Assembly: GCA_964016885.1 (NCBI GenBank)
Contig: OZ024741.1
Coordinates: 146,444,001 to 146,508,000, forward strand
Direction of reading: 5' to 3'
Origin: Eledone cirrhosa
Lineage: Eukaryota
DNA length: 64,000 nucleotides
Positions within the stretch are counted from its first letter, which is position 1, and the number at the start of each line of letters is the position of its first letter. The notes under the pieces were generated by a model. The model was given only the letters and a program-made list of their open reading frames with translations. It had not been told where the DNA came from and did no database searches. Shown here in pieces: positions 49,643 to 64,000 of the stretch. Position numbers and translations under genes: made by a program.

Positions 49643-50349
49643 TAACCATCAACAAGAATGAACCCTGTGAGGAGAACCAGCTTTTTCAGGGCATCTCCCT
49701 TGCCATCTTCTGGGGTAATGCATTTGCCATTTTGTCTCCTGATACCATGAAACATATACATGATACGCTGTTGTTTCTTTTTTTTTTCTCTCAATAAAAA
49801 GAAACATGTTTGAATAATAATTCATGACTTTCTACTATATATCAATTTAGTTTACTGAATTTTCATATCTGAACAATATTGACATAATAAATACTGTGTA
49901 TTAGCAAAGTTGCTAGCATATTGGATTAAATATTCCACTACCCTCTGAGTTTGAATTATGCTTATATCCATTCAGAATTAAAAAAATAATATACCAGTTC
50001 AGAGCGTGGTGTGTGAATTGGTATCATTGTTAAAGTGTTGGACAGGATGACTTGCAGTGTGTGTTCCAGCACTGTCTGTTCTGAGTTCAAATTATATCTC
50101 TAAACAGAAAAGCAGTTACACTTCCACCAAGTTTTGCAACTGACAGATAGTATCAGTAATTGATAAACTAATGGAAATAGTTTCCTTGGTTTGAACTGAG
50201 GATTGGCTTCTTCTTTCAGTTAATCATTCTTTTTTATCTTATGGGGAGTGTGAATAAGCTACACATATTAACCCTTAACATTTTATTAATGGAAGATATT
50301 GTTTAATGAAAAGTATTATCTGACATTCTGGGATCCTAAACCATCTCCT

Positions 50350-50695
50350 TACTCACTGCAGCCGTGGCTGAGATGGCCACTCACAGGAGTAAACACTGCA
50401 ATTGTAATGGTAATTTCAAAGCATCTTCCTTGCTATCTATCAGGATAATGTTTTCTCCCCTTTATTCACTGGGACCATGAAGCAGCAGCTTGCACCTGGC
50501 ATTCTTCCACATTCTCTGGGTGTGTATCACTGGGCTAGCGATCGTGTAGTCAGTCTTACAACATATATCTAAATGATAGAATATGGCCCAGCCACAGCTA
50601 GTACACGGTGTAACCTAATGTTAAGTTCCCACCAAGTTTGTAGAGTGGATATAAATATTGGTTTTGTTTTCCAGCCTAAGCCATTTTCTTGGCAT
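50350..50695 (-). pseudogene. Possible decayed Tc1/mariner-superfamily transposase N-terminal region
   Basis: Hand translation gives R*PSDTHPENVEECQVQAAASWS and SKEDALKLPLQLQ, resembling the GRPxxxxPENVE...SP and LRKDLKLxPYKIQ motifs; heavily degraded. Confidence 0.35.
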
Positions 50696-52337
50696 CGTTG
50701 TTGTAAGTTATTTAAGTCATTTATTTACTGTTAGTTTACTGCAAATAAACAATTCTAATATTTTATTAGAAACAAACATTTAGCTTTTATTTTTATTGCA
50801 TTGGGGCGATGTTTAAACAAAATCTAAAAACTGGTGATGAGAGAGCGGGAGAAAGAAAGATAGACAGATAGGTATATATAGATATATATATAAAGAAAAA
50901 TGATTTACGTCTGTGCCGTCGCACACACGTCTGCTGCAATTATATTAATAATTTAAACAGAAATCCTGATATTTAACTGTAGTACATGGGAAATAAATCA
51001 ATAAAACGTTTGGAGAGTTATTTCCCTTAACATTTGCAATTTGCAGAAAAATAATTTTAAGGTGTGGTATCAATATTCTTTCATTTGCATTTGTAGAGAC
51101 TACCTGCATGTTGAGAGGTAGATGATTGTCCAGATACGGTATTAAACCATCCGTTCTGTGATCATGAGTTCAAAACTAATGTAATTATTTCATTTGCACT
51201 TTACATCACTGTGCTCAATCATTTTCTTTCTGTCAGGAGAAGAAAGCAGAACCAGCAAAATTTGAAACTACCATAATGACCACGTATCTAAGTCCCAAAG
51301 ATAACAAACAAGTTGAGGTCCATCTCGCAGAATATCCGCTTGTCTCTAGCCAGAGAAAATGTGCTGGTAGGCTGAACTACAGGGTCTGATATCAATACTT
51401 GTAAAAGAATGAATTCTGCAGAAAACACCCAAGGAACGTGGTGTTAAACCAAGCAGTATGCCTATCAGTATAGTTACACTTACTACCTATTCTCTGGACA
51501 GAGCGCCAGTCCACCGATTGGTTTCTGCTGCTGGTACTCATTTTTCAGCTGATTAAAATAGAACAATGTGATATGAAGTGACTTATTGAAGAACACTAAT
51601 TATTGCCCAATCCAAGAATCTTACACTCATTACAACCATGAGCCCAATACTCTCACCTTTAGACAGCATGCCTTTGCCTGCCACTTGGGGCTGCATATTA
51701 AATTTAACTGTTGTTGCATCACAATATATTTTCTTCATCACTAGATTGTTACTCATCATATGACAATTAATTTTGAGAGTATATGTTTTCCACTGCAAGT
51801 AACAGAAAGTAAATACAAATATGGCATCTATCTGTTGAAGGCAAGCTAGAAACAGTTCTGTATGAGCAAGACACTGTCACCTGATCTGACTTGTCTCACA
51901 ACAGAACAACTCGTCTAACTAATGCTAGCATGGAAAATGGACGTTAAACAGTGATGATGAATCGAAATATGAAAAGTGAACAAATATTTAGATGAATTCA
52001 CTATGTCTGTTTTTGGCTAAAACAATTCATACAATTCAAATATAGTATTAAAGAAAGCAACAATTTGAGAAAAAGAAAGTAAAGAAAATAAGAAAGGAAG
52101 TATATATTGTTATATAAGTTTATACCATTATTGAAAACGAACAATTAATGAAGGAAAAGCAAACTTAAACTTTGTACAAAATCTTTAAGCAGACAAATAA
52201 ATATGTATGTGAGAGAGAGAGGGGGTGTATACAAGCATGCTTTGCTTTGCCACTCTGGTTGAAATATATATTCCTTTTTCAACCCATATGTTAATTCTTC
52301 ATTCCTTCTCTCTTCACCTAACACATTAATATATATA

Positions 52338-53540
52338 TAGAGAGGGTCGGACGCCATGCTTTGACGCATAGAGTTACGGCCCTTTGCCTTTCATCCTTAT
52401 GGGGTCGATAAAATAAAGTACCAGTAATGCGCTGAGTAATTGCTGGCCTTGTGCCAAAAAGTAGAAACAATTATTATGTCGTGAAGGGCAGTGGATTGGC
52501 AGTATCTGTAGAGGGCCAGACACCATGCTTTGCAGCAAAGAGTTACGGCCCTTTATGTTCAGAGTTCAAATCCCGCCAAGGTTAACTTTGCCTTTCATCC
52601 TTACAGGGTCGATAAAATAAAGTACCAGTAATACACTGGGATAATTGCTGGCCTTGTGCCAAAAGTAGAAACAATTATTATGTCGTGAAGTTAAGGGCCA
52701 TGGATTGGCAGAATCGTTAGTGTATCAGCATTGCAGTATTTCATTACGACCTTAAATGTTACGGTTTTACATACCACTGAATTCAACTTTGCCTTTCATC
52801 CTTCCAGGGTCAATAAAATAAAGTACCAGTTAAGAACTGAGTCAGTATAATCAACTTTCCGTCCCTCACAAAATTTCTGGCCTTATGCCTATGTCAGAAA
52901 CCATTTATTATGTGGTGAAGTAGAGTGGTGTATTAGTAGATACCTTGTATTATTTAGTTATGGATTGGCAGTATCGGTAGAGGGTCAGACGCCATGCATA
53001 GAGTTAGAGCCTTTGCTATTCTGAGTTCAAATCTCCCCGAGGTTAACTTTGCCTTTCATCCTTACGGGGTCGATAAAATAAAGTACCAGTAATGCACCAG
53101 GTGAGTGCTGGCCTTGTGCCAAAAGTAGAAACAATTATTTAGTTATGGCTCTTTACGCTCTGAGTTAATATCCTACTCAGGTCAACTTTGCTTTTCATCC
53201 TTCCAGGTTTGATAAAAGAAGGTACCATGCAAGAACTGGAGTTGATTTAATTCACCTTTCATTCTCACCTAAAATTGCTGGCCTCATGACTAAATTAGAA
53301 AATATATTTTACCATATTTCCCAGCGTCAAAGACTCTACTTTTTCCCTAAAATAAGTTTCAAAAGTCTTCTATGCGTCCTGGCGGCCGAAGGTTGCTTAT
53401 TATTTTTTTCCAAATTTTTGGTTGTCAAAATTAGGGTGCGTCCTTGAGGGCAAAACGTCTTTGGCACCGGGAAATACGGTAGTTACGGCCCTTTACATTC
53501 ACAATTGAAATTGTGCTGAAGTCAACTTTGCCTTTCACAC
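52338..53540 (+). mobile_element. Cluster of ~6 tandem and nested SINE family 1 copies
   Basis: CTTTGC(C/T)TTTCA core occurs six times in the same orientation; copies are separated by repeated target duplications. Confidence 0.88.
53312..53479. mobile_element. 168-bp MITE (Tc1/mariner/pogo-type TIRs, TA TSD) inserted in a SINE remnant
   Basis: TA|CCATATTTCCCAGCGTCAAAGAC ... GTCTTTGGCACCGGGAAATACGG|TA. Confidence 0.8.
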
Positions 53541-53772
53541 CCCTGCATGCTTTGATCTCTCTAATGTCAAATTATCACCCAATACAAAATATCCTATCTT
53601 CAGATACACGATTTCAACAGAGGACTTCTAGATGATTTCCGGATACTATCTCTACCAGTAAATATTTTCCTATGCTGGATTTGAACTCAAATCATTGCAT
53701 TTAATATAATTTCAACATTCTCAAACATTTGATCTCTCTCTCTCTCACACACACACATACACACATATATAT

Positions 53773-54085
53773 ATCATCATCATCATCATCATTTTACGTC
53801 CACTTTTCCCTGCTTGCAAGGGTGGGATGGGAACTGATTCTGGCTTGATTTCTACAGCTGGATGCCCTTCCTAACACCAACCTCATTTACAGTGAGTGCT
53901 GGGTGCTTTTTTGCCGTGGCACCTCCATGACCACTTTGCAGTGGAATGATATGAACCCCCAGTCCCTATCATCTCATTTCTACACCTGAGAAAACTGGAG
54001 CAATGTGAAACACATCACCCGGTCTGAGAATTGAACTCACAACCTTTCAATTGCAAGGCCAATGCTCTAACCACTAAGCCATGTG
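53773..54085 (-). mobile_element. SINE family 2 with CORE segment deleted
   Basis: Reverse-complement match to 8420-8757 with an internal deletion. Confidence 0.85.
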
Positions 54086-54086
54086 C

Positions 54087-55757
<1,671 letters not shown>

Positions 55758-56369
55758 TTATATATATATATATATATATTTATTTTTGTTTGTTTGTATC
55801 TGTGTTATAAACAGTTTCCTATGTCTATCTATCTTCTTATCCTCTATCTAAAGTTGTGATCTGTTTTCCAGACAGTGATAAACTTAACTGAGCTGATCTA
55901 AGAAATATACACCACAATTCTTAAATCATTTATGACACTCATACTAGACATCCTATAGGATTTCTAATAACACCATTGAAATATCAGAAATTTCTGATAT
56001 TATAGATAAGGATTCTCCAGAACTTTATATAGCTTAAAAGGAAAGTTACTGTTACTTGCTAGAAAATACAAAAATACTTCTTCATCTTATAAAAATACAC
56101 TCCTATTACATACATCAGTATGTTGTATCTAAACTATTGTAAAAGCACATGATCTAGTGGTTCAGGTGTTTGGTACACAGTTGTAATCGCTTAGTTTCGA
56201 TTTCTGCATTGTGTTCTTAAGCAAGACACTTCATTGCTCCAGTCCAGTCAACTAAAAAATAAAATTAGTAACAGCAACAGCTGTTGGTTAAGCTGTGCAA
56301 TGGACTGGCATCTGGTCTAGTGGGGCAGTGTAGCTTTTCATGATATTTCAATGGCAGTATTAAAAATCG

Positions 56370-56804
56370 CGGAGTGGAGAGACCCAAGAAGACCTGGGAT
56401 GAGGTGATAGGAGCCGACCTTACCCAGTTGCACCTCTCAAAGGCGATGACACACGACCGTGACCTCTGGCGTCACGCAGTAATACAGAGTACCCGACCTC
56501 CCATGGGTACAAGCTGAAGCATATAGACAATATGCCCTCACACCCTCCCACTGCAAAGTGGTCGTGGAGGTGCCACGGTGAAAAATCACCCAGCCCACAC
56601 TGTAAAGTGGACGTGTAGGCGCCATGGAAAAAAGCACCCAGCACTCACTGTAAATGAGGTAGGTGTTAGGAAGGGCATCCAGCTGTAGAAACCAAGCCAA
56701 AATGAGTTCCTGTATGAACAAGGCATGGTCAGCCGACCAGACACTGCTCACAACAGGACAACCCGTCTAACCCATGCTAACATGGAAGAACGGACATAAA
56801 ACGG

Positions 56805-56835
<31 letters not shown>
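56370..56835 (+). mobile_element. RTE family B short 3' fragment
   Basis: RPKKTWDEVI, 3' UTR with an extra repeat unit, (GAT)n tail. Confidence 0.88.
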
Positions 56836-56836
<1 letters not shown>

Positions 56837-57984
56837 TCTATGAGTCTCATAAATAATTTAAGAATTGTGGTGTATATTCTTTTGATCAGGTCAATTAAAT
56901 CTATCATTGTCTGGAAAACAGATCACAACTTTAGACTGAGAATAAGAAAACAGATGCACAGAGGAAGCTGTTTATAACACATATACATGAATATATGTAC
57001 ATACAAATAAATATGTGTATGTGTGTATATATGTACGCGTATGTACATATATATGTATGTCATCATGATCATCATCACCATTTAACATCTAATTTCCATA
57101 CTTACATGGGTTAGACGGCTGTCATGAATCGAGGCCAGATTGATCAGGTGACGAGATCCTGCTCATATACTTTGTTATGGCCTGATTTCTAAGGCACGAT
57201 ACCCTTCCTAATGCCAACCACTTTACAACATGTACTGGGAACATGGATTCTACAGCTGGATGTTCTTCCTAACTCCAACTACTTTACAGTATTTTATCAT
57301 AACTTCTGCACTACCACTTTACAGAGTGAACTAGGTGCTTGTTGTCATCTAACCAACACCACCTCATTACAGCATTAGATGTTCAGTATCCTTGGTCTTG
57401 CTGGGGAGGCATTGAGGGATTTTGGGGCTGGGGCATAGACATCACACAGCCCTGGGCAAAGGGGGCTAGCAGTTGAGTCACAGAGGTGACCTTGAAGCAA
57501 GTGGATGGTGTTTGAATATTATGTGCCTGGATTCCCTTGATGGCTGAAATATGTTTGGTACAGAATTGGGGGCATTTATATGATACTAGTGGTGAAGGAG
57601 AAGGGGAAGTCTTGGAGCTCATGGGTGTCTGACCTTGTGGGGTGTGCCTGGCTTTCTGTACTAGTCTGGTATAAAGCAAGTTGCTGGTGTCTGTCATTTT
57701 GGGGTGTGCCTGGCCTTCTGTGGTGGCCGGGGTCAGGAAAGTGTCAGGGCCACAAGCGTTTAGCCTGGAAGGTGTATGTATATTCATATTGATATATAAA
57801 AAATGCATGTGTGTGAATATATGTGTATATGTATATGTGTGTGTATATATGTATGTGAATGTGTGTGTGGGTGTAAGAGTGTGTGTGTCTATACAAAAAG
57901 TGCCCCAATATAATATAACCAGTATATTCCATAATGTGCTGTGTTAGAAAAGATAACCATAAAATCCATGCCAAAAATGGGATG

Positions 57985-58625
57985 TATGGGTGAGAGGAAC
58001 ATCAGTCAGGCTCCTTACAAGCAAGAAAAGCTCTACAAATTCTTCTGGATAGGTAACAACCTAGGAATTAGAGGTGTAGGTATCTTGTTAGCAGGAAAAT
58101 GTGTAGACAAGTAATGCAGGTGACTATGTGGAGTGATAGGCTTAGACTAGTCCTAGGTAAGACAAAAGTAACAATTATCTTTGTATAAGCACCACAATCA
58201 GCACTGGCAGATGAACTGAAAGGCCAATTTTATGAGACTCTTATACAGACTACATCTTTAACAAGTGATGGTAACTTTATAATCGTGGCTGGTGATTTCA
58301 TTGGATATATGAAGCAATGCCATGAGGGTTTCCATGGTTTCCATGGATGCTGCATGTTCTGTACAAGAAATGAGGAGAGATCAAGGCTCCTGGGGTTTTT
58401 TTATGCTACGGTTTAACTATCTGCAACACTAATTTCAAAAATCCAGCTAGCCACATGATCTCATATAAGTCAGACTGGCACAAAAATTAGATTGATTTAA
58501 TCCTCTCCAAAAGCTAACACAGTCTATTCCTGGGGAGGAGTGTACAACCCAAAATAACTTAGTGATCAGTAACTTTAGAATCAAGAGATAAATTGAAGGA
58601 GAAGGGCATGGAAGCTGAGGAATGC
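57985..58625 (+). pseudogene. Decayed RTE APE endonuclease fragment
   Basis: YKFFWIG, GVGILL, APQ, IVAGDF, CNTNFK remnants parallel to 11900-12560. Confidence 0.7.
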
Positions 58626-59973
58626 TATATATATCACTGTGCTATTTCTCCCTATTTCTTCTGAACTATATCTTCTGCAAAACATCTGTACTATGTGTGT
58701 GTATATATATATAGATATATATATCACTGCTCTTTTCCCTACTTCATATTTTCAGGGCCATTTATCAATATAAAATTTATCATGTATTTATTTTTATGAA
58801 GCAATATTAAAGCTGAATTAGTTATGATTATAGATACTTGTTTCATTATTCATAGGATGCTAATGGATTCATATATTTCGAAATAGTTTTAGAATTCCAT
58901 ACATATTGTTGACCTTTTATGAGTACATATTTGATAATATATTTTATGAATCAGTAGGCGAAATCTAGGAAATGCTGGTATCTGTATTAGCACAGGAAAT
59001 TATTGAAATGGAAATGGTGGAATATTCTTAATGTTACCATTAATACTTGGAAAGTAATTATTAAATGTATTATTAATGATAACTGAATTGGAATTAATTA
59101 TTAATTGGGCCAATGACATTTAAGATAGACAGATAGGAATTTTGAAGGTCTTGAAGAAATAATAGAATTAGTTGCAGCTGTATTTTCTCACTGCATTTGG
59201 AATTCATCATCATCATCATCATTATCACAATCATAGTTTTACATCCATTTTCTATGCTGGCATGAATTACACGGGTTCTCATATTCTGAGACAAAACAAG
59301 TCAGATAAATATGACTTACTCGTACATTTTGTTTTGATATAGTTTCCATGACTTTTTATGCTCCCCTAATTCCAATCACATTACAGAATGTACTAGATAC
59401 ATTATATTTTGGTTCCAGCACTACCATTTACTGAGTACACATGGCAGATTTTATCATGAAACCAGCTTTACAATTTACAGAGTCCCTGGGTCCATTTTAT
59501 CATTGCACCAGCACTACCATTTATAGAATGCCCTGGGTTCATAATATAATGGTATCAGTATTACCTCTACTCTTCTTGACTCTCCAGATACCAGAATGGT
59601 GTACAGGCTGAACCCTATTCTAAAAGAGAAACTTGGTCTGTTTATTTTTCTTCCTACAGTTTGTCCAACTTAAGAATGGTCTCAAGACATTAAAAAAGCT
59701 ATTCTTCCCAATAATCTTCTTTACTACTTCACATGCATTATCTTCACTACAATTGATTTTATTGATATTAAGAACCCTTTAAAATAGGTATTTTTGTTTC
59801 CCTATGAAAGCAGTTTGGGACAGCTTATCAAGAGTTAAAGAATCGATTTACTTTTCTAGCGTAGCTTATATATAAGTATGTGTGTGTGTGTGTGAAAAGT
59901 AAACTGAAACAATAACTCAAACAGTACAATGAAGAAATATATTAGTTTAACGCTTGATATAGCAGGAAAAGAG

Positions 59974-60009
59974 TCTTAACATTTCTGACACTAGACCTTC
60001 ATCAGAAGA
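59974..60009 (-). ncRNA. Decayed copy of the 8324-8359 hammerhead (same pLTR-like family, ~59895-60025)
   Basis: TCTT-CTGATGA-AGGTCTAGTGTCA-GAAA-TGTT-AAGA; flanks match 8240-8370. Confidence 0.6.
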
Positions 60010-61002
60010 TAGAATGAGAATTTATAGAAAATATGAAAATGGAGTTAGAAGAAAAAAAAGGGGGGGGGGGTAGAAAAAGCCTGTGTGCTTTCTTCAGCCA
60101 TTTTGGAGAAATACTAGTCAGTGGATATCTTAGATATTAGAGAGGTTTTGGAAGGGAGATAATCCTTGTATATTTTGAGTGAATATGTGTATGTGTTTGC
60201 TTGTTTGTTTGTTTGTCTGTCTGGGCAAAGCTGTGAATGGATGCATTAGACCATAACAGAGCTGACCACTGTGAGAGTGTAGAGGTGTGAATATGCATGC
60301 ATACATGAGCTGACCAGCACAAGGAGGTAGACTTATGTATACAAAATTTTGTGTACACAGACACTAATCTTATGTGGTTGTAGAGAAAGGAAGGCAGTAG
60401 CAAATATGATTGTAGCTTTGTATCATTTCAGGATATGACTGTATGACAAAGTGCTTTGCGTTGGGTACAATGATATCATGGTACAACAATAAACAGCTGA
60501 AGCACAAAGTGTGTGGAGGTAGATCTTTGAAGTAGTAGTGGGAGGACTATATTGCAAAACATTTAACTCTGACAGCCCACCAGCTCTAGCACTGGGTGCC
60601 ATGCAAACACAGTCACACATGCAGGAGATACAAGCACATGCATCCTGAAGTGAGAACCATGGAATGATGTATGTTGGTGGTGTGCAATACCTCATGGCAT
60701 GTTTATGTGAATGCGTATGTGTGCATTACAGATGCATGCATCTAAATGAGTAGTGGAGGTGGAGGGATTGGTGTAGGTGGTGTAAAATGAATATGGATGC
60801 AAATGTATGTGTATATGAGGCAACTACATGTGTGTACATGCGTGTTGTGTGCATGGATGGCTAAATCTTGTGTATGATGGTATCAATGGGTTCAATATGG
60901 TGGATATGCATGTGTGTCAATTTGAGGGTTATATATATGCTGAGTTTTGTGTGTTGGGTGATACATACAGGTGTTGTGAATGTGAGTGTGTATGCAAGTA
61001 TG

Positions 61003-61033
<31 letters not shown>

Positions 61034-61541
61034 ATTGCTCTATTTCTATAGTAAGAATTTTCACCATTTTACATGGTTGAATTAAATAGAAAGTAGCTTG
61101 ATGAATTAGTATGTTTTATGAGATGCATGTAAAGACTGTTAATTATCTTGTCAAATAACTTTACGGCAATGGAATGAATTGGACCTTTGTTGGTTTCAAT
61201 TATGGGTGTTTTTGTTTAATCGACAGGACAGCCTGCTTGAGACATTAACATGTAAGTGGTTGAGTATTTTACAAACAGGTATATCCTTAATGTAATTGTC
61301 ATGGAGATTCAGCATGATACAGTGTGTGATTCAGCATGATACAGGTTTCCAAGCTGTCTACCTAAATTCACTCACAAGGTTTGTATGGACCTGAGTTTGA
61401 ATGGGATCTACCCAAAATACCATGTATTGGGATCAAAACCTCTGAACTTTTGGTTGCAAAGTGAACTTCTTAACAATTTGACTATGTTAATAATCAGAGG
61501 AGAAAAATAAATTATTACATCAACAAATATATTGAGTTAAC

Positions 61542-61607
61542 ATATTATAGTGTCATTTTGTGATATTATAGTGTCATTTTGTGATATTATAGTGTCATTT
61601 TGTGATA
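61542..61607. repeat. 21-bp perfect tandem repeat x3
   Basis: ATATTATAGTGTCATTTTGTG repeated three times. Confidence 0.95.
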
Positions 61608-62611
61608 ACACAAATTATGTGATGATGCAAAGTTTGATTCTATTCAACTGATGTAAATATCATAGAGACTGTCATTTGAGACATCAAAACCATTACATAG
61701 TATACCAATATAGACTGTATCACCATAGATATTAACAAACATACTACTATACATACTGTCTTATGGAACATATTATGTTCTAAGATAATGTTTGTCAATA
61801 AACAGAATATGTCAAAACACAGGTTGTATCACTTGACAGGCTCTGCCAACAAACACAATATGCTGGTGCACCAGTGCCACAGAACTTTGTTGGGAAAATT
61901 CTGACTATATTTTGCTGGTAACATCTAGCCATCTCTAATTCACACTCCTTACCTGTAAGGGTTGTATTGTTCCACTTACCAGCTGCTAACATTTTCTCCA
62001 TTCTGGATTATCTTTGGGGGTTCTCGAGATATGTACATCCATCCCATACTTCCCAGAACAGGTCCCAGAACATCACCAATCTTCTCAGTATTGGATTGAG
62101 ACTGCAATATATTTCTCAAATAGGCCCCTCTACATGTCTCTTGTTATTCTGCACAAAGTATGATGTGGTATGATTGCTTTTATTCAATATGATCATACTG
62201 TAGTTTTTGGTGGTCTTATTTGTGCCAGTTATAAATTTGGTAATTTTGTCAGAACCATTAGGCATTTTTAGAGGTGGCCTTCACTCACCTCATTGTAACT
62301 ACATCGTTGAGAGTTTTCCTGAGAGCCACTAGTGTCACACATTGCCCTATCTCCTCTAGTATCTTACGTTGTTTGACCTGCTAGAGCTTTTTCTTGACAG
62401 CTCTGCCCTGCTAAAATATGGATCACAGGTAACAGATAGCAATAGACTCACCAGATGTGGTGGTTAGTTATGATGTATGTGGGCTCCTGCAGAACAAACA
62501 GACCAAACAGCTTCCCTAATTTAATCACTTCAATAACTCGGAACACAAAATTCAATATCCAAATGTGTGGAGGGAACTTGATCTGTGAGAAGAGTTGTAA
62601 TGTGTACTTTA

Positions 62612-63054
62612 TCTATCTTTCTATATACTACTAAAACTCTGTGGTTGTGTGCTTGTCTGTAATTTAATACAGCCAAAATGGCACACAATGGGAAAACACT
62701 TTGAAAGGAAATTGCTACTAAAATGGAAATACAAATGGAATAAAACAAGTTTTGATTAAATTGGAGCACGGGTTCCCAAGATACGGGGTTTTGTCTGGGT
62801 GCCTTCATAAATAGAGAGAGAGAAAGATAGAGAAAGAGATAGTGGTTGCGAGAGAGTAGATTGAAAGAAAGATAGAGAGACAGAAGGAGACATAGAAGGA
62901 AAATGGAAGAGTGAGAAAGCTGGTGATGTTGAATGAAATTATAACAGGTGACTTCAAAGAATTGAATACAGCATTACTGTATCTAGCTCGAATCTGGTGA
63001 CTGAATATTAAGTCATATGTATCATATAACTTTTGTTAGCACAGTGTGCATGTG

Positions 63055-63092
<38 letters not shown>

Positions 63093-63100
63093 AGTGTGTG

Positions 63101-63143
<43 letters not shown>

Positions 63144-63589
63144 CTGTGACCAGTGTATATAGGTCACAGACACCCACATATATATATATATGTATACACA
63201 CACACACATACATATATATATGGGCCTTCCAATTTCATTTTATATTATATACATGTCTGTGTTTATTTCAATCATTCAAAAATTATTTTAAAGTGAATAT
63301 GATTTTTAAAAAATATTTTTAAGTGAACATGACTGAACGGGTGATCTAATATACCACTAAAACTGTGTGATTGTGTGCTTGTCAGTAATTTAATACAGCC
63401 AAAATGACGCATAATGGGAAAATACTTTGAAGGGAAATTGCCACTAAAATGGGGATACAAATGGAATGAAACAAGTTTTGCATAAATCGGAGCACAAGTT
63501 CCTGAGATACAGGGTTTTGTTTGGGTACCTTCATAAATAGAGGGATAGAAAGAGATAGTGGTTGTGAGAGAGTATATTGAAAGAGAGAC

Positions 63590-63628
<39 letters not shown>

Positions 63629-63965
63629 AAGAGAGAGAGAGAGAGAGAGAGAGGAAAGGAGACAGAGAAGGAAAATGAGAGAGAGAGAGCTGGTGGTTTT
63701 GTTGAATGAAATTATAACAGGCAACTTCAAAGAATTGAATACAGCATTACTGTATCTAGTTCAAATTTGGTGACTGAATATTAAGTCATATGTATCATAT
63801 AACTTGTGTTAGGACAGGATGTGTGTAGTGAATATTTCCTGCTAAATAGTAAAGGTTTCTAAGTGTGTGTGTATGTGTGTGTGTGTGTGTGTGTGTGTTT
63901 GTGTGACCAGTGCATATAGATCACAGACACCCACATATATACACACACACACACATACATATGTA
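62612..63965 (+). mobile_element. Two tandem diverged copies of a Helitron-like element plus shared 3' flank
   Basis: Copies start TCTA(A)TATAC(T/C)ACTAAAACT at ~62620 and 63345; ATACAG-CATTA-CTGTAT-CTAG ends at 62986 and 63759; similarity continues ~200 bp past CTAG. Confidence 0.65.
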
Positions 63966-64000
63966 TACATGCACACACATATCATCATCATCATCATTTT

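Noticed and set aside
59640-59792. Splice-acceptor/donor-like bounded segment
   Set aside because: All three frames contain stops and there is no other support.

Overview
AT-rich, microsatellite-dense eukaryotic (animal) non-genic DNA. The (TA)n/(CA)n/(GAT)n density and the SINE/RTE repertoire suggest a cephalopod such as Octopus; this is inference only. I cannot support any host gene exon. The window is a mosaic of transposable elements. It holds several RTE-clade LINE families, two of them near-identical young 5'-truncated copies with open ORFs, carrying a PHD-type C4HC3 finger inside the RT domain. It also holds a near full-length decayed CR1-like LINE plus four 3' fragments, a Penelope-like element (RT + GIY-YIG), an L1/Tx1-like 3' end, at least four tRNA-derived SINE families, non-autonomous Helitron-like elements, a TA-flanked MITE and a decayed mariner-like remnant. 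The most unusual layer is non-coding: about ten hammerhead-ribozyme-like motifs and a recurring architecture of short head-to-head inverted (plus tandem) insertions, mostly anchored in (TA)n microsatellites. The largest is a 540-bp non-coding unit present as 1.6 tandem copies plus one circularly permuted inverted copy (54294-55697), consistent with a Penelope-mobilised, retrozyme-like RNA system. Coordinates of old repeats are approximate.
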